Positions 1 to 10,800 of a DNA stretch of 44,037 bases are shown one piece after another. The stretch lies in contig JBGMQW010000001.1 of the NCBI GenBank assembly GCA_048060815.1, positions 1 to 44,037 on the forward strand, written 5' to 3'. The translations under genes were made by a program, and so were the position numbers. Source of the DNA: Thiohalomonadales bacterium. GTDB lineage: Bacteria > Pseudomonadota > Gammaproteobacteria > UBA6429 > Thiohalophilaceae. Each line of letters starts with the position of its first letter. The first letter of the stretch is position 1. The notes below the pieces were generated by a model. The model was not told where the DNA came from, ran no database searches, and saw nothing but the letters and a program-made list of their open reading frames with translations.

Positions 1-30
1 GTTAACGGGACAGCAGTGATTTAATATTAA

Positions 31-1296
<1,266 letters not shown>

Positions 1297-1416
1297 CTAC
1301 TGTTAATATTATTTATTAAGATGAGAAATAAAATTATGAACTATTCTGGAATTTTATCACACCGAGGAATTTAAATTCATGCGTTACATAACTTTACATT
1401 GACTTGCAAGCATACA

Positions 1417-1677
1417 CTATTGTACTTGTAGTTTTTTTGCCTTCTGCCATTCGGGATGAGTATATGTTTTGATTGTTAATGCATGAATTGCGCCCGAAGT
1501 TATGTGTTCATTAACAATTGCATAGATTAACTGTTGTTTCGCTACCATCGACTTATCTTCAAAAATTTCACCAATAGCAACAACTTCAAAATGTCCATTT
1601 TCTCCAGTGACAGTAATATCACAATTTGATAATTTTGATTCGATTAGTTGTTTAATTAAATCTGGTTCCATTGACAT
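1417..1677 (-). CDS. ibaG: BolA-family protein IbaG (YrbA)
   Basis: 86-aa ORF of BolA-like size and sequence, in the conserved slot between mlaB and murA. Confidence 0.8.
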   Translation of the reverse strand: MSMEPDLIKQLIESKLSNCDITVTGENGHFEVVAIGEIFEDKSMVAKQQLIYAIVNEHITSGAIHALTIKTYTHPEWQKAKKLQVQ

Positions 1678-1759
1678 ACTCTTTCATGATTTATAGTAAA
1701 AGATGGCATTCTACCTGTTTTATCACTTAAATTACACTTAATCCAGAACCATAAATTAT

Positions 1760-1776
1760 GGCTTGTTAACCAAGCC
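1760..1776 (-). terminator. Possible weak hairpin terminator after mlaB
   Basis: GGCTTG-(5 nt)-CAAGCC hairpin 22 nt downstream of the mlaB stop. It is followed on the minus strand by ATAATTTAT, a poor U-tract, and overlaps a 13-bp palindrome CCATAAATTATGG (1749..1761). Confidence 0.3.
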
Positions 1777-1797
1777 TAAATATAAAACAGATAAAAG

Positions 1798-2100
1798 CTA
1801 TTTAATTGGTAGAATATCCGATAAACCACAAATTTCAGTGATTGCCTGCATTTTTACCGGCATATTTATAAATTGAAGTTCAAATTGCATATTGTTTGCT
1901 TGTCGTAGCCATTCCAATAACAGTGCGATGCCAACACTACTACTATGGGTAACTGCTTTCAGATCGATAATAACTGTATCAATTTTTTCTTTATGAAACA
2001 TATTATTTTGAGCCAAAAGCTCAAGAACTGAACTAGCATTTAACGCGCCAATTATTTCATATTTGTTTTTAGTGATTTTTTGAATTTTTGTTTTTGACAC
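1798..2100 (-). CDS. mlaB: STAS-domain protein MlaB
   Basis: 100-aa STAS / anti-sigma-antagonist-like ORF at the distal end of the mlaFED operon. Confidence 0.8.
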   Translation of the reverse strand: MSKTKIQKITKNKYEIIGALNASSVLELLAQNNMFHKEKIDTVIIDLKAVTHSSSVGIALLLEWLRQANNMQFELQFINMPVKMQAITEICGLSDILPIK

Positions 2101-2121
2101 AATGATCTCAAATTTTTTGAA

Positions 2122-2667
2122 TTATTTTTTATCATCACCTGACATAAATTTTTCAGCAAATTGCCCAATTATCTTTTCCAGGACTAAAGATCCTTGAGTT
2201 TGTTTTAATACTGAACCTTGAGTTAAAGTAGTTATAACACATTTTTTGGTATCAGATGTTATAATATTTCCAGCATCATCAATACTGATATCATCACAAT
2301 CAGCAGTCCCGCTACCAGGAACTAAACCAACGTATTTTTCTCCAAGTAAACCTGCAGTATAGATATTTGCTGAAGTACCTGATGAAGGTATAGTATTATA
2401 TTGTTTTTCAATTTTCATACTTACGATAGCTTCAAATGTACTATTATCAAAGGAAATATCACTCACTCTACCAACCCGTACACCAGCAATTGTAACCGGA
2501 GATCGTATTTTTAAGCCACTAATGTCTTCAAAATTTGCTTTAATAATATATCCGCCTTCACTGCTGAATGAACTTATACTACTCACTTTCATTGCTAACA
2601 TTAATAATGAGGCGAAACCTAAAACAATAAAAGTACCTACCCAAATTTCTATAACTCGTGATGTCAT
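2122..2667 (-). CDS. mlaD: MCE-domain phospholipid-binding protein MlaD
   Basis: 181 aa with an N-terminal TM helix (IEIWVGTFIVLGFASLL), then an MCE core (F.DISGLKIRSPVTIAGVRVGRV...YTAGLLGEKYVGL) collinear with E. coli MlaD. Confidence 0.9.
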   Translation of the reverse strand: MTSRVIEIWVGTFIVLGFASLLMLAMKVSSISSFSSEGGYIIKANFEDISGLKIRSPVTIAGVRVGRVSDISFDNSTFEAIVSMKIEKQYNTIPSSGTSANIYTAGLLGEKYVGLVPGSGTADCDDISIDDAGNIITSDTKKCVITTLTQGSVLKQTQGSLVLEKIIGQFAEKFMSGDDKK

Positions 2668-2674
2668 TATTTCT

Positions 2675-3466
2675 TTATCCTCCGAACATGAGTGCGGTTA
2701 AAATAAAATCCAGGCCTAATATTACTAAAGAAGAATTCACCACGGTACGTGTTGTTGCGCGACTAATACCTTCAGAAGTTGGAATTGTATCGTAACCTTC
2801 AAATATGGCAATCCAGGTCACCACAAATCCAAAAACAACACTTTTAATTATGCCATTTAAAATATCGTCATAAATGTCTACTTTAGCCTGCATTTGCGAC
2901 CAGTAGGCACCATCATCAACTCCCAGCACTCCTACACCAACAAAATAACCACCTAATATACCCATGGCACTAAACATTGCAGCTAATAATGGCATGGAAA
3001 TAAACCCGGCTAAAAATCGTGGAGATAAAATCCGTTTTATTGGATCAACCGCCATCATTTCCATAGCAGATAATTGCTCGGTAGCTTTCATTAAACCAAT
3101 TTCAGCAGTTAAAGCTGAACCGGCTCTACCTGCAAATAATAATGCAGCAACTACAGGACCTAATTCACGCACTAAAGATAATGCAACCATAACGCCAAGA
3201 GCTTCTTCTGCACCAAAATCCGATAAGGTGTAATAACCCTGGTAGCTCAACACCATTCCGACAAAAAATCCCGCAACAATAATGATTATTAGCGATAATA
3301 CACCAACTGAAAAAAGTTGTTTTACAACCAGGAAATAATCCCTGAATAAACTCGGAATACCCAGGATAATATAAAATAATAAAATATTGGCTCGTCCTAA
3401 ACGTGCAAAAATATTTAATCCCCGATGACCTGTTTGTTGTAACCCCTTAATTAATTTCGGAATCAT
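2675..3466 (-). CDS. mlaE: ABC permease MlaE
   Basis: 263-aa polytopic membrane ORF of the MlaE/Ttg2B type ([28 protein letters not shown]). It overlaps the mlaF stop by 4 nt. Confidence 0.9.
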   Translation of the reverse strand: MIPKLIKGLQQTGHRGLNIFARLGRANILLFYIILGIPSLFRDYFLVVKQLFSVGVLSLIIIIVAGFFVGMVLSYQGYYTLSDFGAEEALGVMVALSLVRELGPVVAALLFAGRAGSALTAEIGLMKATEQLSAMEMMAVDPIKRILSPRFLAGFISMPLLAAMFSAMGILGGYFVGVGVLGVDDGAYWSQMQAKVDIYDDILNGIIKSVVFGFVVTWIAIFEGYDTIPTSEGISRATTRTVVNSSLVILGLDFILTALMFGG

Positions 3467-4302
3467 TTATCATACCTTTGCAATAATTCCTGCTTATAAT
3501 CTTGAGCTGGATAATGAAATGGCACAGGACCATCAGATTTTCCTTTTAAAAATTGTTGTGCCCATTCAGATGCAGAATTATCCAGAGTATCTGGAGTACC
3601 ATGAGCAACTACCTTTCCTTCCGATAACAAATAGATATAATCTGCAATTCGTTTTGTATCTTCAATATCATGAGAAACAATAACACTTGTTAAATTCAAG
3701 GCATCATTTAAATTACGAATCAATCGCACTACTACACCCATTGAAATTGGATCTTGTCCGGTAAATGGCTCATCATACATTATAATGTCCGGGTCTAATG
3801 CTATTGCTCTTGCTAAAGCTACCCTCCGAGCCATGCCGCCCGAAAGTTCACTTGGCATTAAATCTTTTGCACCGCGTAAACCTACTGCATGTAATTTCAT
3901 TAAAACCAAATCCTGGATCATTCGTTCTGGTAGTTCAGTGTGTTCACGCAGAGGGAAAGCAACATTATCATATACAGAAATATCCGTTAACAATGCACCA
4001 TTTTGAAACAACATCCCTAATTTTTTTCTTAAATTATACAATTTAGACCGACTTATCTGATGAACAATTTCACCTTCGACTGTAACTGAACCAGAATCCG
4101 GTTGAAGCTGCCCGCCAATCAATCGCAATAATGTAGTTTTCCCAGTTCCACTAGGCCCCATAATCGCAGTTACTTTACCTCTTTCGATATCCAAATCAAT
4201 ACCATTAAATATAATTCGATTACCGCGATGAAATTTCAAATCGCGAACTGAAATAATTTTATTATTATTTGACTGATCTGTTGTGTCTACCGAATCTGAC
4301 AT
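3463..4302 (-). CDS. mlaF: ABC ATPase MlaF
   Basis: Walker [13 protein letters not shown] signature [14 protein letters not shown], Walker B IIMYDEP. Confidence 0.92.
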   Translation of the reverse strand: MSDSVDTTDQSNNNKIISVRDLKFHRGNRIIFNGIDLDIERGKVTAIMGPSGTGKTTLLRLIGGQLQPDSGSVTVEGEIVHQISRSKLYNLRKKLGMLFQNGALLTDISVYDNVAFPLREHTELPERMIQDLVLMKLHAVGLRGAKDLMPSELSGGMARRVALARAIALDPDIIMYDEPFTGQDPISMGVVVRLIRNLNDALNLTSVIVSHDIEDTKRIADYIYLLSEGKVVAHGTPDTLDNSASEWAQQFLKGKSDGPVPFHYPAQDYKQELLQRYDK

Positions 4303-4321
4303 TTATCACCATATGAATAAT

Positions 4322-5074
4322 TTATAATAAATCACTTATCACCGATGCGGTTTTCATTAACGCGTGATTTGGATTTTCTGATCGAAAAATTAACACATTA
4401 GTGGAACCTTCGCATTCACCAACCAGGCTATTTTCTACAATTTTACGCATTTGTTTGGGATCATTGTTAGAAATTTCACAAAAAGTAATATGCAGTTTAG
4501 AAGAATCATCTTTCAATGAGTTTAAAGTAGCATCATTGAGACCACAAAGTCCGACTTTCTCCTGTTTCAAAATAGCAATAAACTGTTTCGGTAGTAATTC
4601 TTCAAGTAACCCAGAGGTTTTTATTTCTTGTATATCAATACAGATATTTATTTGTGCCTGGCTGATTTTTAATAAAATATTAATAAAATCCAGTTTTTCA
4701 CTTGATAAATTACAAATATCTGAATACTTAAATACCAAGACTAAAGCTAAACTTCGAAAACCAACAAATGAAATTTTTTTTAAAAATTGCTGAACTTCTG
4801 TCAGTATTTCATCGTTTGACCTTGAATTAATATTATTTAGTGGTAGTTCGAATATTAGTCGACATGTTTCTTCACTATCTGCTATACCTTGCCCAAATAA
4901 CTCAAAATTTTCCTGTAGTAAGATCCACGGAATCATCAAAACTGAATACTCATTTGCATAATATGCAAATTGCCATTCTCTCGGTAAATCCTCAGGATAG
5001 AATGAATTATCCCAGGATTCATGTAACCAGCCATAAGAGCCGATATGTAGTTTATATTCGCTAGCCATAAACAC
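4322..5074 (-). CDS. Hypothetical protein, weakly DUF72 (YecE)-like at the N-terminus
   Basis: 250-aa ORF. Only the N-terminal HIGSYGWLHESWDNSFYPEDLP..YYANEYSVL resembles the DUF72 G.sGW....W...FYP...YA motif as I recall it. The rest is unrecognised. It lies 19 nt upstream of mlaF on the same strand. Confidence 0.4.
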   Translation of the reverse strand: MFMASEYKLHIGSYGWLHESWDNSFYPEDLPREWQFAYYANEYSVLMIPWILLQENFELFGQGIADSEETCRLIFELPLNNINSRSNDEILTEVQQFLKKISFVGFRSLALVLVFKYSDICNLSSEKLDFINILLKISQAQINICIDIQEIKTSGLLEELLPKQFIAILKQEKVGLCGLNDATLNSLKDDSSKLHITFCEISNNDPKQMRKIVENSLVGECEGSTNVLIFRSENPNHALMKTASVISDLL

Positions 5075-5222
5075 AGTAAATTTCTAATTAAATTGCTATT
5101 TAGTATAATATAATTGTTAGCTGAATCCATGCTGAATATGACTTTTACTGCAAAAGTTATTTTGTTTTTATTTGTCGGATATGAAGGATATAATATATTA
5201 AAATCAAGTAATGGTGGATTAA

Positions 5223-5408
5223 ATGGGCGATATAGTTCAATTTAAGAAAATCTCAGTAAAACAAAAACACAAAGGAAAGACATTGTGTAAGAGTGGTTTT
5301 CACAAATGGCAAGTTATCAAAAGTAGTCCTTTTGAGGTAAAACAGGGAAAACTACTAACAAAATATCAGTGTAAACGTTGTGGTGCAACGAAAACTGAAC
5401 GATCATAA
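5223..5408 (+). CDS. Small basic Cys/His protein (possible zinc ribbon)
   Basis: 61-aa ORF with a good SD (GGTGGA 6 nt upstream of the ATG) and the pattern C-x5-H ... C-x2-C (LCKSGFHKW ... QCKRCG). It ends 3 nt before the mlaA TTG. Confidence 0.5.
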   Translation: MGDIVQFKKISVKQKHKGKTLCKSGFHKWQVIKSSPFEVKQGKLLTKYQCKRCGATKTERS

Positions 5409-5431
5409 ATTTGAACAGGCATTATTTTCAT

Positions 5432-6217
5432 ATGGTGAAATTTAAATTTTTTTGTCTAGGCTTAGCAATTTACCTGCTAACTGCTTGTGCTTCCATTGAA
5501 GGTCCATTAGATGAAAACGATCCATATGAATCCTATAACCGTAGCATGAATAGCTTTAATGTCAGCTTTGATGATTATATTCTTAAACCAGTTGCTGAAT
5601 CATATCGAGATTATGTTCCTAATCCGATACAAACTGGTATTAATAATTTTTTTAGTAATTTAAATGACATTACAGTAATAGCGAATGATCTATTACAATT
5701 TAATTTTGTTCAATTAGTTCAAGACGCATCACGCTTTGCATTTAACACTACAGCAGGATTTCTAGGTATATTTGATGTCGCAACATCAATGGACCTCCCT
5801 AAACATAACGAAGACTTTGGACAAACATTTGCGGTCTGGGGTTATAAAGATAGTGCCTATTTAATATTACCTGTAATTGGACTTGCTGGTGGTACCATCC
5901 GGGATTCAATAGGTTTTGGTATTGATACGCTTTACTTAAATGTACTTGTTCCAAGCGATCTTAATAATATATATTGGGGTGCAATCATAATAAAAAATAT
6001 AGATGTTCGTGCAAATTTATTAAATGCATCAAAGGTGCTTGAACAAGCAGCACTTGATCCGTATATTTTTAAGCGCGAGAGTTATCTATCAAAAAGGAAA
6101 TCACTCATCTATAATGGCAATCCACCAATAGCTAAGATTGAGTTTCCAAAAGATGATATCGATTTAGAACTCGAATTGGAATTAGAATTAGAAATGCAAA
6201 AACAACTTACAAACTAG
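5432..6217 (+). CDS. mlaA: Outer-membrane lipoprotein MlaA (VacJ)
   Basis: VacJ-family sequence (YNR.M..FN...D......PVA..Y....P) with a signal peptide and lipobox LLTAC. I prefer the ATG at 5432; the ORF-track start at 5411 is a TTG. Confidence 0.88.
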   Translation: MVKFKFFCLGLAIYLLTACASIEGPLDENDPYESYNRSMNSFNVSFDDYILKPVAESYRDYVPNPIQTGINNFFSNLNDITVIANDLLQFNFVQLVQDASRFAFNTTAGFLGIFDVATSMDLPKHNEDFGQTFAVWGYKDSAYLILPVIGLAGGTIRDSIGFGIDTLYLNVLVPSDLNNIYWGAIIIKNIDVRANLLNASKVLEQAALDPYIFKRESYLSKRKSLIYNGNPPIAKIEFPKDDIDLELELELELEMQKQLTN

Positions 6218-6297
6218 CGATGTTAATTATCTTACAAAACCAATGTAAATGTTACACTTTTGCATTACAAAAATATTTTTACATTAAATAAAATTAT

Positions 6298-7323
6298 ATG
6301 GATTACTCATTTTTTTATGCTATAGCTGCAATTATTTTTGGAATCATTTTTCTGGTTTGGGGTGCTGATCGATTTGTTGATGGTGCTTCAGGAATTGCTG
6401 CTAACATGGGGATTTCACCACTACTTATTGGTTTAACTATTGTTGGTTTCGGTACATCTGCTCCTGAAATCCTGGTCTCAATCGTTTCTGCATGGCAAGA
6501 TAATCCGGGTATTGCCGTTGGTAATGCGATTGGTTCAAATATCACCAACATTGCCCTGGTGTTAGGTATTACTGCAATTATTACCCCAATTAGCATCCAT
6601 TCAAACATTTTGCGTCGTGAATACCCGGTTATGATTCTGATCATGGTAATTGGTTTATTATTAATTCTTGATGGTTATCTGGGAATTGTTGATGGTTTGA
6701 TACTAATTACTGGTTTAGTTGCTTTGCTTTTCTGGATTGTCAAAGTAGGCACCAAAAAATATAAGCATGAACCATTACAAGATGAATTTGAGCACCATAA
6801 ATATAAACTATCAAAATTTAAAGCTATTCTGTGGCTAATTATCGGTCTTTTCCTGTTAATAGTTAGTTCAAAATTTCTTGTTTGGGGCTCGGTATTTATT
6901 GCCCAAAAATTGGGGATGAGTGACCTATTAATTGGGCTGACTATAATTGCAATCGGAACAAGTTTACCCGAATTAGCGACCTCGGTTACCAGTGCATTAA
7001 AGAATGAACACGAGATTGCGGTTGGTAATGTAATCGGTTCAAATATGTTTAATATCCTTGCAGTATTAGGAATTCCCGGTTTAATATCACCCCATAAGCT
7101 CGATTCGATGGTATTACAACGTGATTATCCGGTAATGTTAATTTTAAGTTTGATATTAGGACTGTTGATTGGGTTTGGATTCAAATCCAGATCTAAATCC
7201 AGTACTCAAACTGATTCAAAATTTAAGCTGTCGAAAAATCAGTGCATAACCAAAATTGAGGGCGCATTTTTATTATTTGGGTATATTTGTTACATCTTTA
7301 TACTCTATATATACTCAAGCTAG
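6298..7323 (+). CDS. yrbG: CaCA-family cation/Ca2+ exchanger YrbG
   Basis: 341-aa membrane ORF with two alpha-repeats (GTSAPEI...GNAIGSNITNI and GTSLPEL...GNVIGSNMFNI). It sits between mla and kdsD as in E. coli. Confidence 0.88.
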   Translation: MDYSFFYAIAAIIFGIIFLVWGADRFVDGASGIAANMGISPLLIGLTIVGFGTSAPEILVSIVSAWQDNPGIAVGNAIGSNITNIALVLGITAIITPISIHSNILRREYPVMILIMVIGLLLILDGYLGIVDGLILITGLVALLFWIVKVGTKKYKHEPLQDEFEHHKYKLSKFKAILWLIIGLFLLIVSSKFLVWGSVFIAQKLGMSDLLIGLTIIAIGTSLPELATSVTSALKNEHEIAVGNVIGSNMFNILAVLGIPGLISPHKLDSMVLQRDYPVMLILSLILGLLIGFGFKSRSKSSTQTDSKFKLSKNQCITKIEGAFLLFGYICYIFILYIYSS

Positions 7324-7362
7324 ATTATTCACTAAAATCAAGATTAAGCGAATAAATTTATT

Positions 7363-8337
7363 GTGACAACTCAAAATTTTAAACAATTAGCAAAAGCAGT
7401 TATTCAAACTGAATTAAATGAAATTGAACATCTATTAAATCGATTAGATGATAATTTTACTAATGCATGTCAATTAATGTTTGATTGCAGCGGTAGAATA
7501 GTTGTTATCGGGATGGGTAAATCTGGTCATATTGGTTCAAAAATTGCCGCGACACTTGCCAGTACAGGCAGTCCAGCTTTTTTTGTACATCCTGGTGAAG
7601 CCAGCCATGGTGATTTGGGAATGATTACAAAAAATGATGTAGTATTAGCGATATCAAACTCAGGTGAAACTGATGAGATTCTTACAATTGTGCCGTTAAT
7701 CAAAAGGCTGGGTGTGCCTTTAATTTCACTAACCGGTAATACTAAATCACATATTGCCACTCAGGCAAATGTGAATCTTGATGTTAGTGTCTCCAAAGAA
7801 GCTTGCCCTCTTGGCTTGGCTCCAACATCGAGTACCACGGTTGCGTTAGTGATGGGCGATGCTTTAGCTATCGCATTATTAGACACCCGTGGTTTTACAG
7901 CTGATGATTTTGCATTGTCACACCCTGGTGGTCGATTAGGAAAACGTTTACTGTTACACGTAAAAGATATTATGCATATTGGCGAAGATATTCCGATTGT
8001 TCAAAGTAATGTGTTATTAAGCCAGGCACTGATGGAGATGACCGAAAAAAAATTAGGCATGACAACCGTTGTTGATGATAAAAAAATTCTTATCGGCATT
8101 TTTACCGATGGCGATTTAAGACGTTATTTTGAGATTAATGAAGTCAATTTAAACAAAACAATAATTGATGATGTCATGATTAAGGATTTCAAAGTTATTT
8201 ACCAGGAGCAACTTGCAGCAGAAGCACTACAGATAATGGAATCAAAAAGCATTAATGCGTTACCTGTAGTTAATAAGGAAAAAGAAGTTATTGGTGCACT
8301 TAATATGCATGATTTATTACGAGCAGGTGTTGTTTAA
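7363..8337 (+). CDS. kdsD: Arabinose-5-phosphate isomerase KdsD
   Basis: SIS domain (GMGKSGHIG..ATLASTG.P..F.HP.EA.HGDLG) plus a C-terminal CBS pair. GTG start. Confidence 0.93.
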   Translation: MTTQNFKQLAKAVIQTELNEIEHLLNRLDDNFTNACQLMFDCSGRIVVIGMGKSGHIGSKIAATLASTGSPAFFVHPGEASHGDLGMITKNDVVLAISNSGETDEILTIVPLIKRLGVPLISLTGNTKSHIATQANVNLDVSVSKEACPLGLAPTSSTTVALVMGDALAIALLDTRGFTADDFALSHPGGRLGKRLLLHVKDIMHIGEDIPIVQSNVLLSQALMEMTEKKLGMTTVVDDKKILIGIFTDGDLRRYFEINEVNLNKTIIDDVMIKDFKVIYQEQLAAEALQIMESKSINALPVVNKEKEVIGALNMHDLLRAGVV

Positions 8338-8355
8338 AATAAATTGGAAAACAAG

Positions 8356-8886
8356 ATGAACCAAAATGATGAAATAAATCATCGAGCAGATAAAATTAAA
8401 TTAGTTATTTTTGATGTCGATGGTGTGCTCACTAACGGCGCCCTGTTTATTGGCGATGACGGCCAGGAATATAAAGCATTTCATTCAAGAGATGGTTTAG
8501 GTATGACAATGTTGCAAAATACTGGCGTTGAAATTGGAATAATTACAGCAAGATCATCAAACCTTGTTAAGCTGCGAATGGAGAGCTTATCTATAAAATA
8601 TGTATATCAAGGTAGAAAACAGAAATTACCTGCTTATAAAGAATTGTTAGCTAAATCAGGTTATACACCAGAACAAGTAGCGTATGTTGGTGATGACCTG
8701 GTTGATCTACCGGTACTTCTTGATGTCGGTTTAGCGATAGCTGTAGCTGATGCCCACCCATTCGTATTAAAACACGTTCATTGGCAAACAAAAAATATGG
8801 GGGGACTTGGTGCTGCACGAGATGTTTGTGAAATGATAATGCAAGCTCAAGGTACGTTAGAACAACAATATGCACGTTATTTATAA
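8356..8886 (+). CDS. kdsC: KDO-8-phosphate phosphatase KdsC
   Basis: HAD motif I FDVDGVLTNG and YVGDDLVDLP. I prefer the ATG at 8356; the ORF-track start at 8344 is a TTG. Confidence 0.9.
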   Translation: MNQNDEINHRADKIKLVIFDVDGVLTNGALFIGDDGQEYKAFHSRDGLGMTMLQNTGVEIGIITARSSNLVKLRMESLSIKYVYQGRKQKLPAYKELLAKSGYTPEQVAYVGDDLVDLPVLLDVGLAIAVADAHPFVLKHVHWQTKNMGGLGAARDVCEMIMQAQGTLEQQYARYL

Positions 8887-8894
8887 ACTCGGCG

Positions 8895-9464
8895 ATGAAT
8901 AAATCTCAATTATTTATTTTTCTACTTTTTGTGATTTCGACGGCATTATTTAGTAGTTGGTTACTAAGATCAATTGAACAAAAAGATGTCATCAAAGCTC
9001 AAGATACATTATTAAGCCGTGATTATTATCTGGATGACTTTTCAACAATAATTATGGATAAAAGTGGATCACCATATTATAAACTTAGTTCTCCACATCT
9101 CGACCATTATCCGGTTAATCAAATTACAAAAATTAGCAAACCTGAATTATTCATATTCGATTCAAAAGATTATCCCTGGAAGTTAATTGCTGATAATGCT
9201 CAAGTGTCGAATAAAGGTAATCATATCTACTTTACCGGTAATGTGAAAATTAATAAATCTTCAGCGAATATCAATGAAAATATTGTTATTATCGCTGATG
9301 AATTATCTGTATTTATAGCAGAACAATTAGTTAAATCTAAAACCATGGTGACAATTATTCAAGGTAAGCACAGGGTTAATGCAAAGGGTCTGGAATTTAA
9401 TTTAAAAAATCACACCTTGGAGTTACTTTCTCAAGTTAATGGAAAATATGAAATACAACGTTAA
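8895..9464 (+). CDS. lptC: LPS export protein LptC
   Basis: 189 aa with an N-terminal TM anchor, in the conserved position between kdsC and lptA. Confidence 0.82.
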   Translation: MNKSQLFIFLLFVISTALFSSWLLRSIEQKDVIKAQDTLLSRDYYLDDFSTIIMDKSGSPYYKLSSPHLDHYPVNQITKISKPELFIFDSKDYPWKLIADNAQVSNKGNHIYFTGNVKINKSSANINENIVIIADELSVFIAEQLVKSKTMVTIIQGKHRVNAKGLEFNLKNHTLELLSQVNGKYEIQR

Positions 9465-9469
9465 TTACG

Positions 9470-9994
9470 ATGAAATATAGAATGAATTTTCAACATCATT
9501 TAAGTTATCTGCTAATGATAGTATTGTTTACTATTTCTACAAATACTTACGCTCTTGAGAATGATCGAGAGAAACCGGTACATATTAGTGCTGATACAGT
9601 CACTATTAATGAAAAAACCGGTATCAGTACTTATATTGGTAATGTAAAAATAAGCCAAGGTAGTATGATACTAACCGGTGAAAAAGTAACAGTTTATCAA
9701 CCAGATGGAAAATTAGACAATATTATCGTTACTGGTTCCCCTGCTCAATTTAAGCAATTATCGGATATAAATAATCAGGAAATCACAGCTACAGCAAAAG
9801 AGCTTAAATATCAAACAATAGATGAAAAGTTGATACTTACCGGGGAAGCCAGTTTAAAACAAGGGCAAAATAGTTTTACAGGCCATAAAATCGAGTATGA
9901 TACCCGAAATAGTACGGTAACTGCGAATACGGATAGTGACAAAAAACAGCGTGTGAATGCAATCATCACACCAAAACAAAAAGATAAGAATTAA
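9470..9994 (+). CDS. lptA: Periplasmic LPS transport protein LptA
   Basis: 174 aa with a signal peptide ending TYA-LE and an OstA-like N-terminal region (PV.I.AD......KTG...Y.GNV.I.QGS). Confidence 0.88.
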   Translation: MKYRMNFQHHLSYLLMIVLFTISTNTYALENDREKPVHISADTVTINEKTGISTYIGNVKISQGSMILTGEKVTVYQPDGKLDNIIVTGSPAQFKQLSDINNQEITATAKELKYQTIDEKLILTGEASLKQGQNSFTGHKIEYDTRNSTVTANTDSDKKQRVNAIITPKQKDKN

Positions 9995-9995
9995 T

Positions 9996-10721
9996 ATGAG
10001 CGTTTTATTGGCCGAAAATTTAGCCAAGTCCTATAAAGGTCGCAAAGTTGTCAAGAATGTCTCTCTAAGCATCGAAAGTGGTGAAGTTGTAGGTCTACTG
10101 GGTCCAAACGGTGCGGGTAAAACCACGACATTTTACATGGTTGTAGGATTAGTAAAGCCCAATAGCGGTAGTCTTACATTAGATGGGCGCGATATAGCAC
10201 AATTACCCATGCACATGCGTGCACAACTTGGAATCGGCTATTTACCTCAAGAAGCTTCTGTATTTAGAAAATTATCGGTAGCCGACAATATTTTGGCTAT
10301 TCTGCAAACACGAAAAGACCTAAATAATTCTCAACGACAACAAAAAATGGAAGATCTACTGGATGAGTTGCATATTAGCCATATTCGAAATAATCTGGGT
10401 ATGAGCCTCTCTGGTGGTGAACGAAGACGAGCCGAAATTGCCCGTGCATTGGCTTCTGAACCTCAATTTATCTTATTAGATGAACCATTTGCCGGTGTGG
10501 ACCCTATTTCAGTATTGGACATTCAAGGAATTATCAAACACTTGAAAGAACGTGGCATTGGTGTATTAATCACCGATCATAATGTCAGAGAAACCTTAAA
10601 AATCTGCGAACGAGGCTATATAATGAATGCAGGTGAAGTAATTTCACAAGGAAATCCTGATTTTCTACTAAAAGATGAACAAGTACGAAAAGTCTATTTA
10701 GGAGAACATTTTAGGTTATGA
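9996..10721 (+). CDS. lptB: LPS export ABC ATPase LptB
   Basis: Walker [10 protein letters not shown], signature LSGGERRR, Walker [10 protein letters not shown]. The start is trimmed to ATG 9996 (MSVLLAENL), 1 nt after the lptA stop. The track ORF begins 39 nt earlier, inside lptA. Confidence 0.93.
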   Translation: MSVLLAENLAKSYKGRKVVKNVSLSIESGEVVGLLGPNGAGKTTTFYMVVGLVKPNSGSLTLDGRDIAQLPMHMRAQLGIGYLPQEASVFRKLSVADNILAILQTRKDLNNSQRQQKMEDLLDELHISHIRNNLGMSLSGGERRRAEIARALASEPQFILLDEPFAGVDPISVLDIQGIIKHLKERGIGVLITDHNVRETLKICERGYIMNAGEVISQGNPDFLLKDEQVRKVYLGEHFRL

Positions 10722-10800
10722 GCCATGAAGTTGATCAATATATCAGCTAAAATAGTAATAACCGAAATAAAAATGTAGCTCGGTAATTTGTAACAAAAAT

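Noticed and set aside
6164-6193. A hexanucleotide tandem repeat (TTA GAA / CTC GAA / TTG GAA ...) repeated 5 times.
   Set aside because: It encodes an in-frame (Leu-Glu)5 tail segment of MlaA, with the codons already diverged. It is a short low-complexity coding repeat, not a CRISPR, VNTR locus or regulatory array.
9957-9995. N-terminal extensions in the ORF track for lptB (9957), ptsN (12597, GTG), maf (30336), rng (29630), nadD (31771, GTG), kdsC (8344, TTG) and mlaA (5411, TTG).
   Set aside because: The extensions overlap the upstream gene or add residues not found in the family N-termini. Internal ATGs reproduce the canonical N-termini: [62 protein letters not shown].
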